Under the pieces are notes generated by a model. It made no database searches and was not told where the DNA came from. It worked only from the letters and a program-made list of their open reading frames with translations. 64,000 bases of DNA. Origin: Azolla caroliniana (Eukaryota; Plantae; Polypodiophyta). Shown one piece after another: positions 10,529 through 21,753 of the stretch (positions are counted from its first letter, which is position 1; each line of letters opens with the position of its first letter). The DNA is taken from assembly GCA_043228905.1 (NCBI GenBank), contig JBHGNT010000003.1, positions 3,596,001-3,660,000 on the forward strand, written 5' to 3'. Made by a program: the position numbers and the translations under genes.

Positions 10529-12645
10529 TCTCGGTTATCGGAGCCGAGGGAGTCGCGGTTACGCTCGTGGTTCGGCCTGACCGTCAAAAACTGGACCGAA
10601 TGACGCCCGTCCTGGCTCTTGACCCGCGCATAGGCCGAACCGTTGTCCAGCACCTTGGTCTCCATTCGAGCCGCCGTGATGTACGGCTCTCCCAGTATGA
10701 CGGGGTGCGATGACGACTCCTGCACGAAGAAGTGCTGGTCTATCTCGACATCGCCGATCTTGACCCGTACATTCGGGCAGGCCCCGTGAAGTTCCTCGGT
10801 GGCGCGCGTCGCCGCCCTTATCTTCCACCCGTGCTTGGTGTTGATCGGCCATTTGCCCTTCTTATAGAAGTCCATGGACATCAGGTTGATTTCCGATCCG
10901 TGGTCCACCAAAGCTACTACCGGTTCCTGGACATCGCCGATCTTTACCGGGGTTTCCGTGGTCGCTCGGGCCCAGTGTGGCCGCGAATAGTGGCTCTCCG
11001 CCCACTCGTCTTCCAGCGCCATGTCGTCCAGGTGCGTCGTTCGCACTTCCACCGGTCTTTCCGGTTCTGTCTCCGTTGACAGCCTCTTCCGTTTCACCAA
11101 GTCCACGATGGAGTCGTGGAACTCCTTCTTGGCGATTCCCAGCACCTCCCGTAGCGACAGCTCCACCTTGCTGTCGAGGATCCGTTCCTCCAGGACCTTT
11201 CGTAAGTCCGTGGTTCTTTCTATCTCCGTCCCCAGACGGTACCCGCCCTTCTGGGGTTTATCTTGCGTACCGGCCCCGCCGGCTTCGTCCCGTCGTGGCC
11301 CGGACCGGGTCTCGTATCGCTGTGAGGGCCCGGTCGTCCCGGGTTTCCCCACCCGCTTCTCTTCTACCAGAGCCTCGTAGTTCCGGCAAGCGGCTTCCAC
11401 GAAGCCCGTCTTTTCCTCGACCGGGTCGCTCCACCCGGTCATCTCCCGTACCCGTCTCTCCGCACGGTCCGATTCCTCCCTTTTAAGCCCTGCACCGGCA
11501 AGGCCTTCCAGCATCGTTGGCCAGAATCCGGCTTTGCTTTCCTTTCGGGCCTCGCCGCCCCCGACTCGAATACCGGCCGACGCCGAGTAGTGGACGGTTT
11601 CCGCGTGTCGGGCCGCCGCCTCTTCCATCAACCTCTTCATTCCGCCTCGCCCGTCGTTTCGGCTTAGGGCCCTTCTCGTGTCGTTGGCGTGAACCCGGCC
11701 TTCCCATAGGTACACCACCCGGTTCCTCAGCGCCTCTGCGAAATCGCCGCAGTCTTTTCGGATGTGGCCGACCCCGTCGCACCACATGCACCTGTTCCCT
11801 GCCGCCGGCCGTCGGTCACGAGCAGGACCTCCGCCTTCTCTGCGGGCTTGTGCGATTTGGAGGTCTTTTATCGCCCTCGTCAGTTCCTCCAACGCAGCCC
11901 CTCCAGTCGAGCCTCTGATCACGCCGGTCGGAGCTGAACCGGATTCCAGCCACTCCCGAGTCTCTTCCCTTCGCACCGGCTGCGCCGGCTCGAGTTTCCT
12001 CGCCGCGACTGAGCCCGACCCGGTTGCTCTGTCATCCTCCCATTCTCGCCGTTTGTCGAAACGGCCGCAGGCTCTCTTGACCGCCGTCCAGTCGGCTGTC
12101 AGCCCGTCTTCGGTTTCTAGCAGGGCGCCCACGTGACTCCGATCCCTCTCGTCAACCGATTTGATGAACAGCAGGACCCGGCTTGTATCCAGGACCATCC
12201 TGTCAAGCGCCGGAAGGCGCGCGAAGTTCTCCTCGAACTCCCGGAGGAGTGCCGACGCATTCCTTCCTTTCCCGGGAGACTCCACCCACTCCATGAAGCT
12301 TCGCTTCGAAAGCCGGAGCGCGTCGTCCAGTCCGTATTTCTCCAGGAGCCGACCTTCGAACTCCTCCCAGGTACGGCTCTCCGCCCGCACCTCGAGCACC
12401 TCCGCGTGGATGCTCGGCATCGCCACTCGGGGAAAACCGGCAAGACGCCTGTCTTCCGGAATGTCCCGCATTAACATTTCCGCACCGTAGGACGCCAGGT
12501 ACTTCGTGGCATCCTTTCCGGTGAATCGACCGATCGTTCCGACGACCGCCTCAATAGCTCTATCGAGGGCGCCGGTGCCCTCGCGCGCGCTTACTATCCG
12601 ATCCACGGCCGAAGCCATGGCCTCTGCAAGATCCGCCCCCTTCAT
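10519..12645 (-). CDS. Gypsy Gag-protease polyprotein
   Basis: 708 aa; zinc knuckle CMWCDGVGHIRKDC; retropepsin-like VALVDHGSEINLM...VILGEPY. Confidence 0.9.
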   Translation of the reverse strand: MKGADLAEAMASAVDRIVSAREGTGALDRAIEAVVGTIGRFTGKDATKYLASYGAEMLMRDIPEDRRLAGFPRVAMPSIHAEVLEVRAESRTWEEFEGRLLEKYGLDDALRLSKRSFMEWVESPGKGRNASALLREFEENFARLPALDRMVLDTSRVLLFIKSVDERDRSHVGALLETEDGLTADWTAVKRACGRFDKRREWEDDRATGSGSVAARKLEPAQPVRREETREWLESGSAPTGVIRGSTGGAALEELTRAIKDLQIAQARREGGGPARDRRPAAGNRCMWCDGVGHIRKDCGDFAEALRNRVVYLWEGRVHANDTRRALSRNDGRGGMKRLMEEAAARHAETVHYSASAGIRVGGGEARKESKAGFWPTMLEGLAGAGLKREESDRAERRVREMTGWSDPVEEKTGFVEAACRNYEALVEEKRVGKPGTTGPSQRYETRSGPRRDEAGGAGTQDKPQKGGYRLGTEIERTTDLRKVLEERILDSKVELSLREVLGIAKKEFHDSIVDLVKRKRLSTETEPERPVEVRTTHLDDMALEDEWAESHYSRPHWARATTETPVKIGDVQEPVVALVDHGSEINLMSMDFYKKGKWPINTKHGWKIRAATRATEELHGACPNVRVKIGDVEIDQHFFVQESSSHPVILGEPYITAARMETKVLDNGSAYARVKSQDGRHSVQFLTVRPNHERNRDSLGSDNREDF

Positions 12646-12667
12646 ATCCTACTCTTCTGCCGCCTCT

Positions 12668-12685
12668 TTCACGTCGGGTTCACCA
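12668..12685 (-). promoter_or_regulatory. Primer binding site complementary to tRNA-Trp
   Basis: Plus strand TTCACGTCGGGTTCACCA matches the 3' end of plant cytosolic tRNA-Trp(CCA); 3 nt from the 5' LTR. Confidence 0.88.
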
Positions 12686-12688
12686 AGA

Positions 12689-13506
12689 TGTCGGGTTGCT
12701 ACGCCCTTGCGTGTAGAAAGGAGGAGGGACCACGGGGGTCTTGAACCGAAGAGCAAGAGAGAGAGAGGTAAGAGAGAGAGACCCCGATTACACAGAACCG
12801 AAGATCCGATTGCGCAGAACCGACGATTGCACAGGGACACGGCCCAACAACAGAGATCACAAATAGACGCCGACGCAGATGGACGCAACAACGAAAGATA
12901 TGTACTTACGAATGCAAGAAAGTAACAGACTAAAGTATTACAACCCACAGTGGGGCACGAAATAGATACTAACGAAAACGAACAGGGCGGCGAACAGATG
13001 CCGACCCCCTGTATGTCTTGACGCACAGAAAGGGAAACAGGCCGGAGGTGCTGCAGGACGCACTCGGGGCGTTCCACGGAACAGCGCAAGCCTCCTCGAA
13101 ACCCGCACAGGTACGCGATGGAGCAGAAGACAGAGAAAGCAGGAGTGAGAGAGAAGCTCCGAAATCGGTTCGACAGCACTTCGTCCTCTCCGCGCGAGAT
13201 CCCTGCAACAGCTCTTCCCTGCTCCTTATATAGGCCGTCATGTCAGCTTTATTCCCTGTCCCTTTTGGACAGGGATCCGCTCCGTTCTTCACGCACCCGC
13301 GCAGTTACGCCGCCGATTCGTACAGTTCGCGCGCGTGACCGAAAAGACTGTTCGCGCGGTCTTTGTCTTTACTCGTGTTAGGGCCCGTTCCCGCCGATTA
13401 TCCTCCTAATTCGATTCTATGTGCAACTTGGAGCGTGCGCGTGTGAAGAACCGGTTCCCACGCCTTGGTGCGCCGATTCCGCTTATGGACGGTTTTCTTC
13501 ACGACA
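12689..13506 (-). repeat. Gypsy-1 5' LTR (818 bp)
   Basis: Direct repeat of 6142-6959, next to the PBS. Confidence 0.96.
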
Positions 13507-13574
13507 ACGTATCACGTGAAATGTAATATTTTTGGTCTCATAGGTCATATTTGATCTCCGAAGATGATAATATA

Positions 13575-13598
13575 ATCTATCTATCTATCTATCTATCT
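13575..13598 (+). repeat. (ATCT)6 microsatellite tail of the LINE
   Basis: About 55 nt after the native ORF2 stop; short tandem-repeat tails are typical of RTE-group LINEs. Confidence 0.85.
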
Positions 13599-13627
13599 CT
13601 CATACACACACACTCACAACACATATC

Positions 13628-14033
13628 TCTAGCCTATTTCGTTGCACAAGAATCACCATCGATTCTTTTCATGTATCCACATTCATTGTCTCCCCTTGTT
13701 CTTGAAAAATTACACTAGTTACATGTTGATGAGTAGTAAAAGGGTTATGGTTAACACTTTGTAATTTATTCTCCCTTTGTTGTTTTAGCTCTAAGATATA
13801 CCTACCGAGTCTCTTTACATCTAGGGTATCTAGCCTATTTCGTTGCACAAGAATCACCATCGATTCTTTTCATGTATCCACATTCATTGTCTCCCCTTGT
13901 TCTTGAAAAATTACACTAGTTACATGTTGATGAGTAGTAAAAGGGTTATGGTTAACACTTTGTAATTTATTCTCCCTTTGTTGTTTTAGCTCTAAGATAT
14001 ACCTACCTAGTCTCTTTACATCTAGGGTATCTA
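13628..14033. repeat. 201-bp tandem duplication (2 copies)
   Basis: 13628-13828 and 13829-14029, one visible mismatch, TCTA microhomology at the ends. Confidence 0.93.
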
Positions 14034-15754
14034 ATAGTTTGGAGAGGGTGGGGTAGGGTCCTAATATATCTTGGTATTCTGCCCGTACTCAGCATAAGTT
14101 GGACACTTGAATGTGAAGTGATACTCATCCTCTACCTCTATGTGGCACAACCTAGATAGCCTTTCCTCTCTAAGGACTCTATTAGCCTAACCATTCTCAA
14201 TCTCAAGTTGGTGAGATGATATCCTAAGTTGTCCAATGGCCACCCTTAGTGCATTTGATAAGAATGTATCTAGATATCTTGGTCGTGTAATAAAACCTAA
14301 CTTAAAGAAGTGCAAGAAGTGTCTTATAGTACAACATTTTAGATGGGAGTGGCTCTCGTGGGGTGATCCATTTATGTCGAGTGTAAATTTGCTATATTTC
14401 TTGGCGTATCACTTTATTGCGATCTTCATGAGAGATTAGACTTTGATCAGTCCCATGGTTGTACTTAAGGGGAGGTAGGTTATTAATGTCTATTCCGTTC
14501 ACAAATAACCAACTCACCACAATGCTATACCAAGAACTAGTGTCTCTAGACGCATATAGGGATCAAGATGCCTCAAAGGCTCGACGGGATATCCTACCTT
14601 GTGGTTGGCTATGTATTCGATGAATAAAAACTACCACTTCGAAAAGTGCTTCTACTAACATCGGGGGCAGACTGAACTTTGCTCTAATAATTTCATGTGG
14701 TACTGTCGATTTGCTTCGGAGTTGACGTGATAACATCATCACCAAAGGTCTCTCTATTTGCGTGCACATGAAAGATGGTAGACCTGGAGCCCATTCTACT
14801 GATGCATACATGAGGGAAGGGGTCACTAATGAGTCGAAGAGCCATCCCTTAGTCCGTGGCTCTTGAAAGTATGATTGGAGAGTGAGAGGGATGCATACCC
14901 TCTCGTTAGCCTATCTTTGGTTGCTTGGGTCATCGAGAATTTACCTGAACGAGCACTAAAACATATGATCCAACTACCTCAACTGGTTTATCAGAGAGGA
15001 TTAGGTGACATTTACTCCTAACTCGGGATGATGTGTGAAAGATAAGAACTTTGGTTTTCGCTAGATTCACTACCAGTCCTCGTTGTGTACAAAAGTCATC
15101 TAGGGCATTAAGATGTTTTTGTAGGTCGTGTTTGGACTCCGAGAGCAAGACAATGTCGTCTGCATAGAGTAAGATACTCACTTGCCTATCCCCGATAGCT
15201 ACTCCCTTACAAGCAATAAAATCAATGATCTCATCAATGTAGATCCCAAAAAGAGTCGGTGATAGGGGGCAACCTTGTTTTACACCAATGGTGCTAGTGA
15301 AACAATTGGATAGGCCACCTGAGCATCTTACACACCCAAAGACTTGCTCATATAGAGCATAAATGGCCGAGATCATGTCATTTGGTATCTCCAAGCTTTT
15401 AAGTCTATCAAACAACCTCTCCCTAGGAACTGTGTCAAAGGCTTTGCAGAAGTCCACAAAGCAACAATATAGTTTCTTCTTACGAGCCTTCGTCTGATCA
15501 ATTAAGCATTTAAGTGTAAAGATATGGTCAATAGTGGAGAAGGCTCGTCTCAAGCCAGCCTGCTCATGTGCTCGAAGACTTAATGTTTCCATATAATCGC
15601 TGAGCTCCGCTTTCTGACTGCACCATATAGTTTAGCGAGCGTATGACCTATCATAATGGTGCTATATGTTTGGGTCCCCTCCTTTATGTATAGGGGCCAC
15701 TGTGTTCATGGTCCATTGTGGTGGAAAACCCTCGGCGAGGGTGCGGTTGAAGAT

Positions 15755-15755
<1 letters not shown>
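13628..15755 (-). mobile_element. Degenerate 5'-truncated RTEX-like LINE
   Basis: ORF 14930-15592: EQAGLRRAFSTIDH, FVDFCKAFD, GVKQGCPLSPTLFG, LYADD; broken downstream frames include LEIENG...RLCH..EVEDEYHF. Confidence 0.88.

Positions 15756-15804
<49 letters not shown>
15756..15804. repeat. (AG)n microsatellite (second tract about 15867-15900)
   Basis: Pure AG dinucleotide run. Confidence 0.95.
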
Positions 15805-15806
<2 letters not shown>

Positions 15807-15866
15807 AAGAAGTGTTGTAACTAAGTGCATTTTATATACAATTAATATAATTGTGTGCTTTTACCA

Positions 15867-15898
<32 letters not shown>

Positions 15899-15901
<3 letters not shown>

Positions 15902-16462
15902 ATGTGTTTGAGTTTTGTATTGTTTTAATAATTGTTATGTTTGTCGCCAAACTTAATTTGATTGATGATTATGTCAATATAAAGTTTCGCTAAAACAAAC
16001 ATTTTCATTTATTATTTCCATTTATCATTCATAACCTCCTTCACATTCCATTCTTTTCTTTCTTTTTCATTCATTCCCTCCACACATTCATTCCTTCCTT
16101 CCTTCCTTTATGGAGAAGCCTCACTAACTCATCATTAAGAAGTGGACATTCAAGGAGTTCAGAGAAGTGGTCGAGAAATCAAGAGCAGCTCTACTCAACC
16201 TCTCAACATCATGCAGCTGCTGATTCTTATGATATGCTAATTAAGAAGCTCTTCCTAGTCAATGTTAAGAACCTCTTCCTAGTCCATACCACCCGAAGGC
16301 AGAATGGAGATGACAAGAACAATACATTATGTGTCATATGATCCTGATGGAGAACGTTTTGAACGTGGAACTTGGGAATGGGGGAGCAGAAACATAATGT
16401 TCGATTTATGAGATGTTGCCTCTGCTACACAACAACAACAACAACAAAAATGGATGGCCATC
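15899..16462 (+). pseudogene. Truncated paralog of the Roco gene upstream region and exon 1
   Basis: Aligns with 26291-26869. ATG at 16110 (MEKPH*), early stop, indels and a (CAA)n expansion; ends before the P-loop. Confidence 0.88.
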
Positions 16463-16490
16463 CTCACTGCTACCACCAATCTCACCGGAC

Positions 16491-17745
16491 GAGGGTATAG
16501 TTCCAAAGCAAGTTAATGGTGCCAATTGAAAGAAGATATATTTGTTCTGTGTATGCAAGCGAGAAATGCCCATTGTAACCAATGATACAGATATGAATGT
16601 ATAAATACATTCACGGAATTCAATTGATCCATTCCAAGGGAATGAACAAGTAAATGTGACAACGCAATCTGAGTGTGAAATACAATAACTACATATTAAG
16701 ATCAGGGGTAAAGTGCTCAAGTATTTTTTAACTCATCAAAAGGTTATTTCAGGTGAAATATTTTTTTTATACTTCCTCTAGTGAATTTGAAATATATATT
16801 TTTTCCAGAATTTATTGAAATCATTTGACGCCAAAATTTAGAAGATCCTTTAAATAGTTGCAAGTATTTGGGGTTTTAATTAGCAAAGAAAATATCTTCC
16901 AGGTTTAACACGAGATAATCATGCATTAAAAACATAAAGAAATGAGCCAATCTGAGAGTTTTCTTACCTCTTTTTATGCCTATGCATTCTTCTACTCCTG
17001 AGATTACAACAGGACAATTAAGTTTCATCTTTACTCCCTCGACTGCTTTTATGAATCGGAGATTTGTGATCCTTCCATTGTTATGAAAGTTTACCTCCAT
17101 AATTTGAGGAAAAGAAATCAACCAACTGTATCAGAAGAAATTTTAGGAATTTTTTATGTGGAAAGCGTCTACTTTCCTTCAGGTTTCAACAAAGCTAGGT
17201 ACCTAATGTGTGTAAGAATCCACCTTCCCTTGATGTTTCTTACCATGTTCAACAACATCAGCATTAGAAGCTCGGGCTACACATACGTGGCAAGGTATCA
17301 TGTTTCTCCACACTGATCAAGCATCATAAGTAATACAAAGTGAAGTTCCATATACCTAGCTAGGTGCCCATGTTAGGAAAATCAATATTCCTCTGACGTT
17401 AGGAATAGCTGCTATAGGCAAAACTCTAAATTCATAGGTAGGTGCCCATATGGAAAATAGGTCACTTCCCTTGTTTTCTTACACTATTTGTACAAGAGTC
17501 CTATGGTGTTCTCCCTCATATTTACCAACAATACTAACAGTATGAAAATTTTTGAGCCTAGGCTTTGCATACTACAAGATAAGAACAATTTTCCTCATGT
17601 GTCCCTTCAGTATTTGACAATATGCCTAGGTAGGTAGGCAAATCTAAGCCTGTAATATTATCTCCTAATACACAATGTGAGAGTATTAGTGCAAAAAATG
17701 CCTATAAGACTTCATGTGTCTGGAGTTCGTGTTCAGCAAAAATAC
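16491..17745 (+). repeat. Low-copy duplicated segment, paralogous to 42321-42838 plus 54221-54979
   Basis: Long colinear matches; contains the empty AGATA site (16913-16917) of copia A. Confidence 0.9.
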
Positions 17746-20700
17746 AATTGAATGGTGCTAATGGTTCTTCTTGTAGTGCTGACCAAGGTCAAGGTGTCCA
17801 CCATGTTAGGTTCAACATTGTGAAGCCTGTACCCAATGGACAGAATTGAAAAGTTGCAAATGAAAGAGCTGACATTTCTTCAACAAGAATGCCATTGGAT
17901 ACTTTTTCAACAAAGAACAAGAAAGCTTGAAGCACATGATACCTGATCATGAGCATCAACAAGGAAATGGTAAGCTTTTGAATGACATTAAAGCAGATGC
18001 TGATCAAAGAGCAGAGATGGAGCCAAGAATCGTAGAAACTTTGGCTATTTCACCAACAACCATTGGGACAAAAAGAAAAATAACTAATGAACACTCTGTT
18101 AACACTACATGTTGCACTAATGGTCAGTCAGAGCCATGCATTGCAAATACAGCAAATGAACATGCACTTGGTGAACGACTGCCTATGGAAAAATCAAAGC
18201 TCCAGGGGCTCAAGTTTGAGGCTTGAATATCAACTATGTTGACTATTGAAATCCTGTGAATGAGATCTAAGCATCTCAAGTATATTATACAGGCTTATAT
18301 CCGATACAGCGTACAGGGTTTTGTAATATGGTACGTCACTCTTTTCGCCTTATTAAAAAGGCACGTTTAGAGAAAGAGGCCATGCTTGAAGAAACTATGA
18401 GCATAATAACAGTCACACTAGAGTTCTGGGTTTTTGGCTTATGCCTAAACTATGAATCAGGTACAGAGCTTTTTGCTGAATTGATTTTTCAAAGTATATA
18501 TCTTGTATTTCAAATAACCTTAAAAGCATAAATTTCCATTCCTGAATTATTCTGGCAGCGAACCTTACGAATATGAATGGAGTCTCATGGGATAGAAGTA
18601 AATGGGGATTCATGCGATTGAGATTGAAACAAAGAGCGTATGCAATATTGCCCAGTTTGGATAATCGTTCACAAGCTCTCTTGGCAAATGTTAGGGGAAA
18701 TGCTCAGAATTACCAAATCATATGTTCAGGATTAAAATTAATGCCAATGACAGATATCTTTTTATTCTGAGTGGAACTTATGCTCCTTACGATTTCTGTA
18801 ATTAGAAGCCAGGTTGGGCACATACAATCTGTCCTATACAAAGTTTTCTCGAGAGTTTGTATTTGTTTCAAAGATAGTGATTTTTATGGAGTTTGCCCCC
18901 TGGATGATTCATTCTTTGTTTTGTTTTTGGAGTTGTAGGAGGATGAAAGCTGTTGTGGTACTTCGGATGATTATCAGAAACATTTTCAAATTGTGGTGTT
19001 CACTCGACTCTGGTGCATTTTAATGGCAACCTGGAGCTGTGACCAGGGTCCTTATTTTCCACAATTCTAACCTAAGCTTTTGCAAAGTCATCGAGGTCTA
19101 GACATGGAGAAGGGACAATTTTTTTACCATATAACATAACAAAGGCCGTTTCCTGTCTCTTCAAGTTGCTTTGTATGTTTTATAAATACTGACTTGTAGA
19201 TGGTGAGTTATTTTACTTGTTATGGGTCCTTGGCTCATTACAGGTATTGCTTATAATGCACATTTTTATTCAGGTGACCATTTCACCCGTCGAGATTGAT
19301 CATGAGAAGGCTTCAGTAGAGGTAAGCCGATGAGAAGCCTCTCTGCAAAGCCAACATGGCTAGTACAATTTGTTCTACGAGTATGAAGCAATATATTTGA
19401 ACAACATGTTTCTCTTTCTTGATTTTCACAAACAAATGAATTAACTATCCTACACCAAGTTCTGCTACCAGTAGATATGTAACTCTGTCACAAGATATGG
19501 ATGTTACCATGGTCCTTGCCTTAAGCTTGATAGATTAAAAGTATGTGTTCAGTGAGCAAGGTATGGTCATCAATTCACTCAATTAGTTTGGCTGCAAATT
19601 GAAGATAAATGATTTACTAGCCTAATGCTTCCCTATGCTGGTTAAATATTGCTTGTATTTTGTACTGTATCTGAAGGTGTACTTTTGGTTAGAAATAGGC
19701 ATCATGGTGAAAAACAGCAAGGAAAACCACAAAATTTCTAGTATTTGTCGCTTTGTTGATGTTTTTGTAAAAGATTTTTATAGTTGCTGTACTGAAATTT
19801 TTCATGAACTTGAGAACTTGTTCTAATGTTTTTTTCTCTTTTATTTTCTGTAGATGATATGATTTGTGAATAATACAAATATTTCATAGTCTTGACTAAA
19901 TGGAGTACATGTATGATTTGTGCTCGTGTTTCATTTTGAGAACCAAATTCATCAGAAAGCTGCATGAACTGCATATAACTTCGAAGTATTAGGGCTCAAC
20001 AGTTGATTTGTTACTCTTTGAGATCTTATTTGAGTAGTTACTGTTTAATACTTGTTATTAAATTTATGTTTAGGACTAGGAAAAGAGGTTGGCTCTAATG
20101 ATAGGTGTTCAACATTTTAAATATTGACTTTATTTGAAATTAAAATCTTCGTGAGAGTCGCAATTAAAGTAAACCTTACATTCGCACTAGAGTTCCAGGA
20201 TAATAAATCTATTTCTTTGAGAAACATTGACATCCTCCAACATAATCGTACCCACGAAGACTTGCCGATCCAAAATCATTGTTCCAATCCCTTGTGGATG
20301 TGCTCCACTTTCCCATGCATGTGTGTAACTTTGCAACAACGTTCCCAACTCATGGTACATCCCTTTCACTAGCAACCCTTGTTTCCATTTGTTTCTCTCC
20401 CAAGATGTAATCATGCACTTCACCATCTAAGATTTCCTTTTAAAGATTTAGGGTTGAATTCCCTAGTATTGATCGGTATTGTGATTTCGTTATTTGAATT
20501 AGGTAATTAGTGCAAAATTGTTTCCTTAATTAAGAATTAGATTAGTTAATAAGGATTTCATCATATTGCAATAGGTGGCTACGAATGATTGTCACCCATT
20601 TGCTCCCATGTCATTGACAATGTCATATATATATGTTGGTTAAAATCCCTTGAATGATCTCAATGAGAAAGGAATTGGCAAAGTGGAGTGTTCAATAAAT

Positions 20701-20944
20701 ACTTATTAGGAATTCAGATTATATGCATTGTTTCATTACCTTTAAGATATATGATCTTTCCCGATATTCTTTCGTTGCATTTCTTATATGATTGAATCAT
20801 GATGATCCACTTGTTTCCATAAGGATTTTAACATTTCCTACATCCACACGTAATATCCTCTTCAAAACAATCCCTAGGTGCAATATGGTGTCATATTGCC
20901 AATGACACATCATGTGAAACCACATCCATAACAAATGCATTCTC

Positions 20945-21753
20945 AAACCGCCCGAGAGCCAGTTGCTGCGAACATCTTGCACACATTTCAAGTTCCTCCC
21001 ACAATAATCACCATGTTTTGGCAGAAAATCTGGAAACAACAATACGCGAGGCGAATTACCACCTTCCAATGGCTATTAATACATAAGTCCCTACCGGTGG
21101 GAGCATGGCAACGTGGGAACTTTAGCTCTCCTAATTGTGTAGAGTGCCCACATGCAATAAAATCAATATGACACGCTCTGTGGGACTGCCAAACGTCTCA
21201 TCGAATATGGCAGGGGGTTGGCCGCTTGTTGTAATTATGCCATGTGCAAGGCTCAATCAAGTGGGGAAATATATGTTGGCTATCATGGCAGACCGCAGTT
21301 GGCAGATACAAACATCCGGAGGAGGGGATGACTTCGGTGATAAAAGCACAAGAGGTCTTTTTCTCCTCTAGCGGCAATGTCCACTCCACTCCTCTTAATG
21401 ACAAATCTCAAGAGGTGTTGGAATTGGTCAGCGCAATAACTGTTTGGATTCTATGGAAACAACGGTGTAGACGAGTCTTCTCCAACCAAATTGCGCATCC
21501 AATAAGGTTACTGCAAGAGATATGGAGTGAAATTTTAGCCACTCTAAAGAGCCAATATGATGACCTCCAAGGTGGCTCCGATGGAGTTGAAAGACACGAA
21601 TAACCTTCATCCAACAATGGTCGTCCTCTCCCTTTCTTGAGTCAGTGGGCATCCACATAAGATGGAACTATCGCGTCCCTACAACGATTTGTACATAATC
21701 GTCTCATATATAAAATTTTATAACTAATGGAAGGAGTTTTTTTTGGAAAAAAA
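20945..21753 (+). mobile_element. 5'-truncated L1-clade LINE (zf-RVT region, 3' UTR, poly-A)
   Basis: FWQKIWK...FQWLLIHKSLPVG...CVEC...HALWDC...VWILWKQRC; poly-A; 15-bp TSD AACAAATGCATTCTC at 20930-20944 and 21754-21768. Confidence 0.88.

Larger units (their letters stand above)
6142..13506 (-). mobile_element. Intact young Ty3/gypsy LTR retrotransposon (no chromodomain)
   Basis: Two 818-bp TG..CA LTRs, ACGT TSD (6138-6141 and 13507-13510), PBS, PPT, open gag-pro and RT-RH-IN frames. Confidence 0.97.
1680..13598 (+). mobile_element. Full-length non-LTR retrotransposon (RTEX-like LINE) interrupted by a gypsy element
   Basis: 5' UTR, ORF1, APE-RT ORF2, short 3' UTR and (ATCT)6 tail. Putative TSD ATCTATCT at 1672-1679 and 13591-13598. 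The 5' boundary is uncertain (1680-1735). Confidence 0.85.

Noticed and set aside
12668-12685. tRNA-Trp gene
   Set aside because: Only the 3' 18 nt including CCA are present; it is a primer binding site.
6422-13381. Many overlapping and antisense ORFs of 100-310 aa within gypsy-1 (likewise 33105-39958)
   Set aside because: Expected from high GC and codon bias opposite real ORFs; no recognisable motifs, and lengths are not consistently conserved between the two copies.
6142-13506. GC-rich block as bacterial contamination or an endogenous virus
   Set aside because: LTRs, TSD, plant tRNA PBS and RT-RH-IN order identify an integrated gypsy element; no env or movement protein ORF seen.
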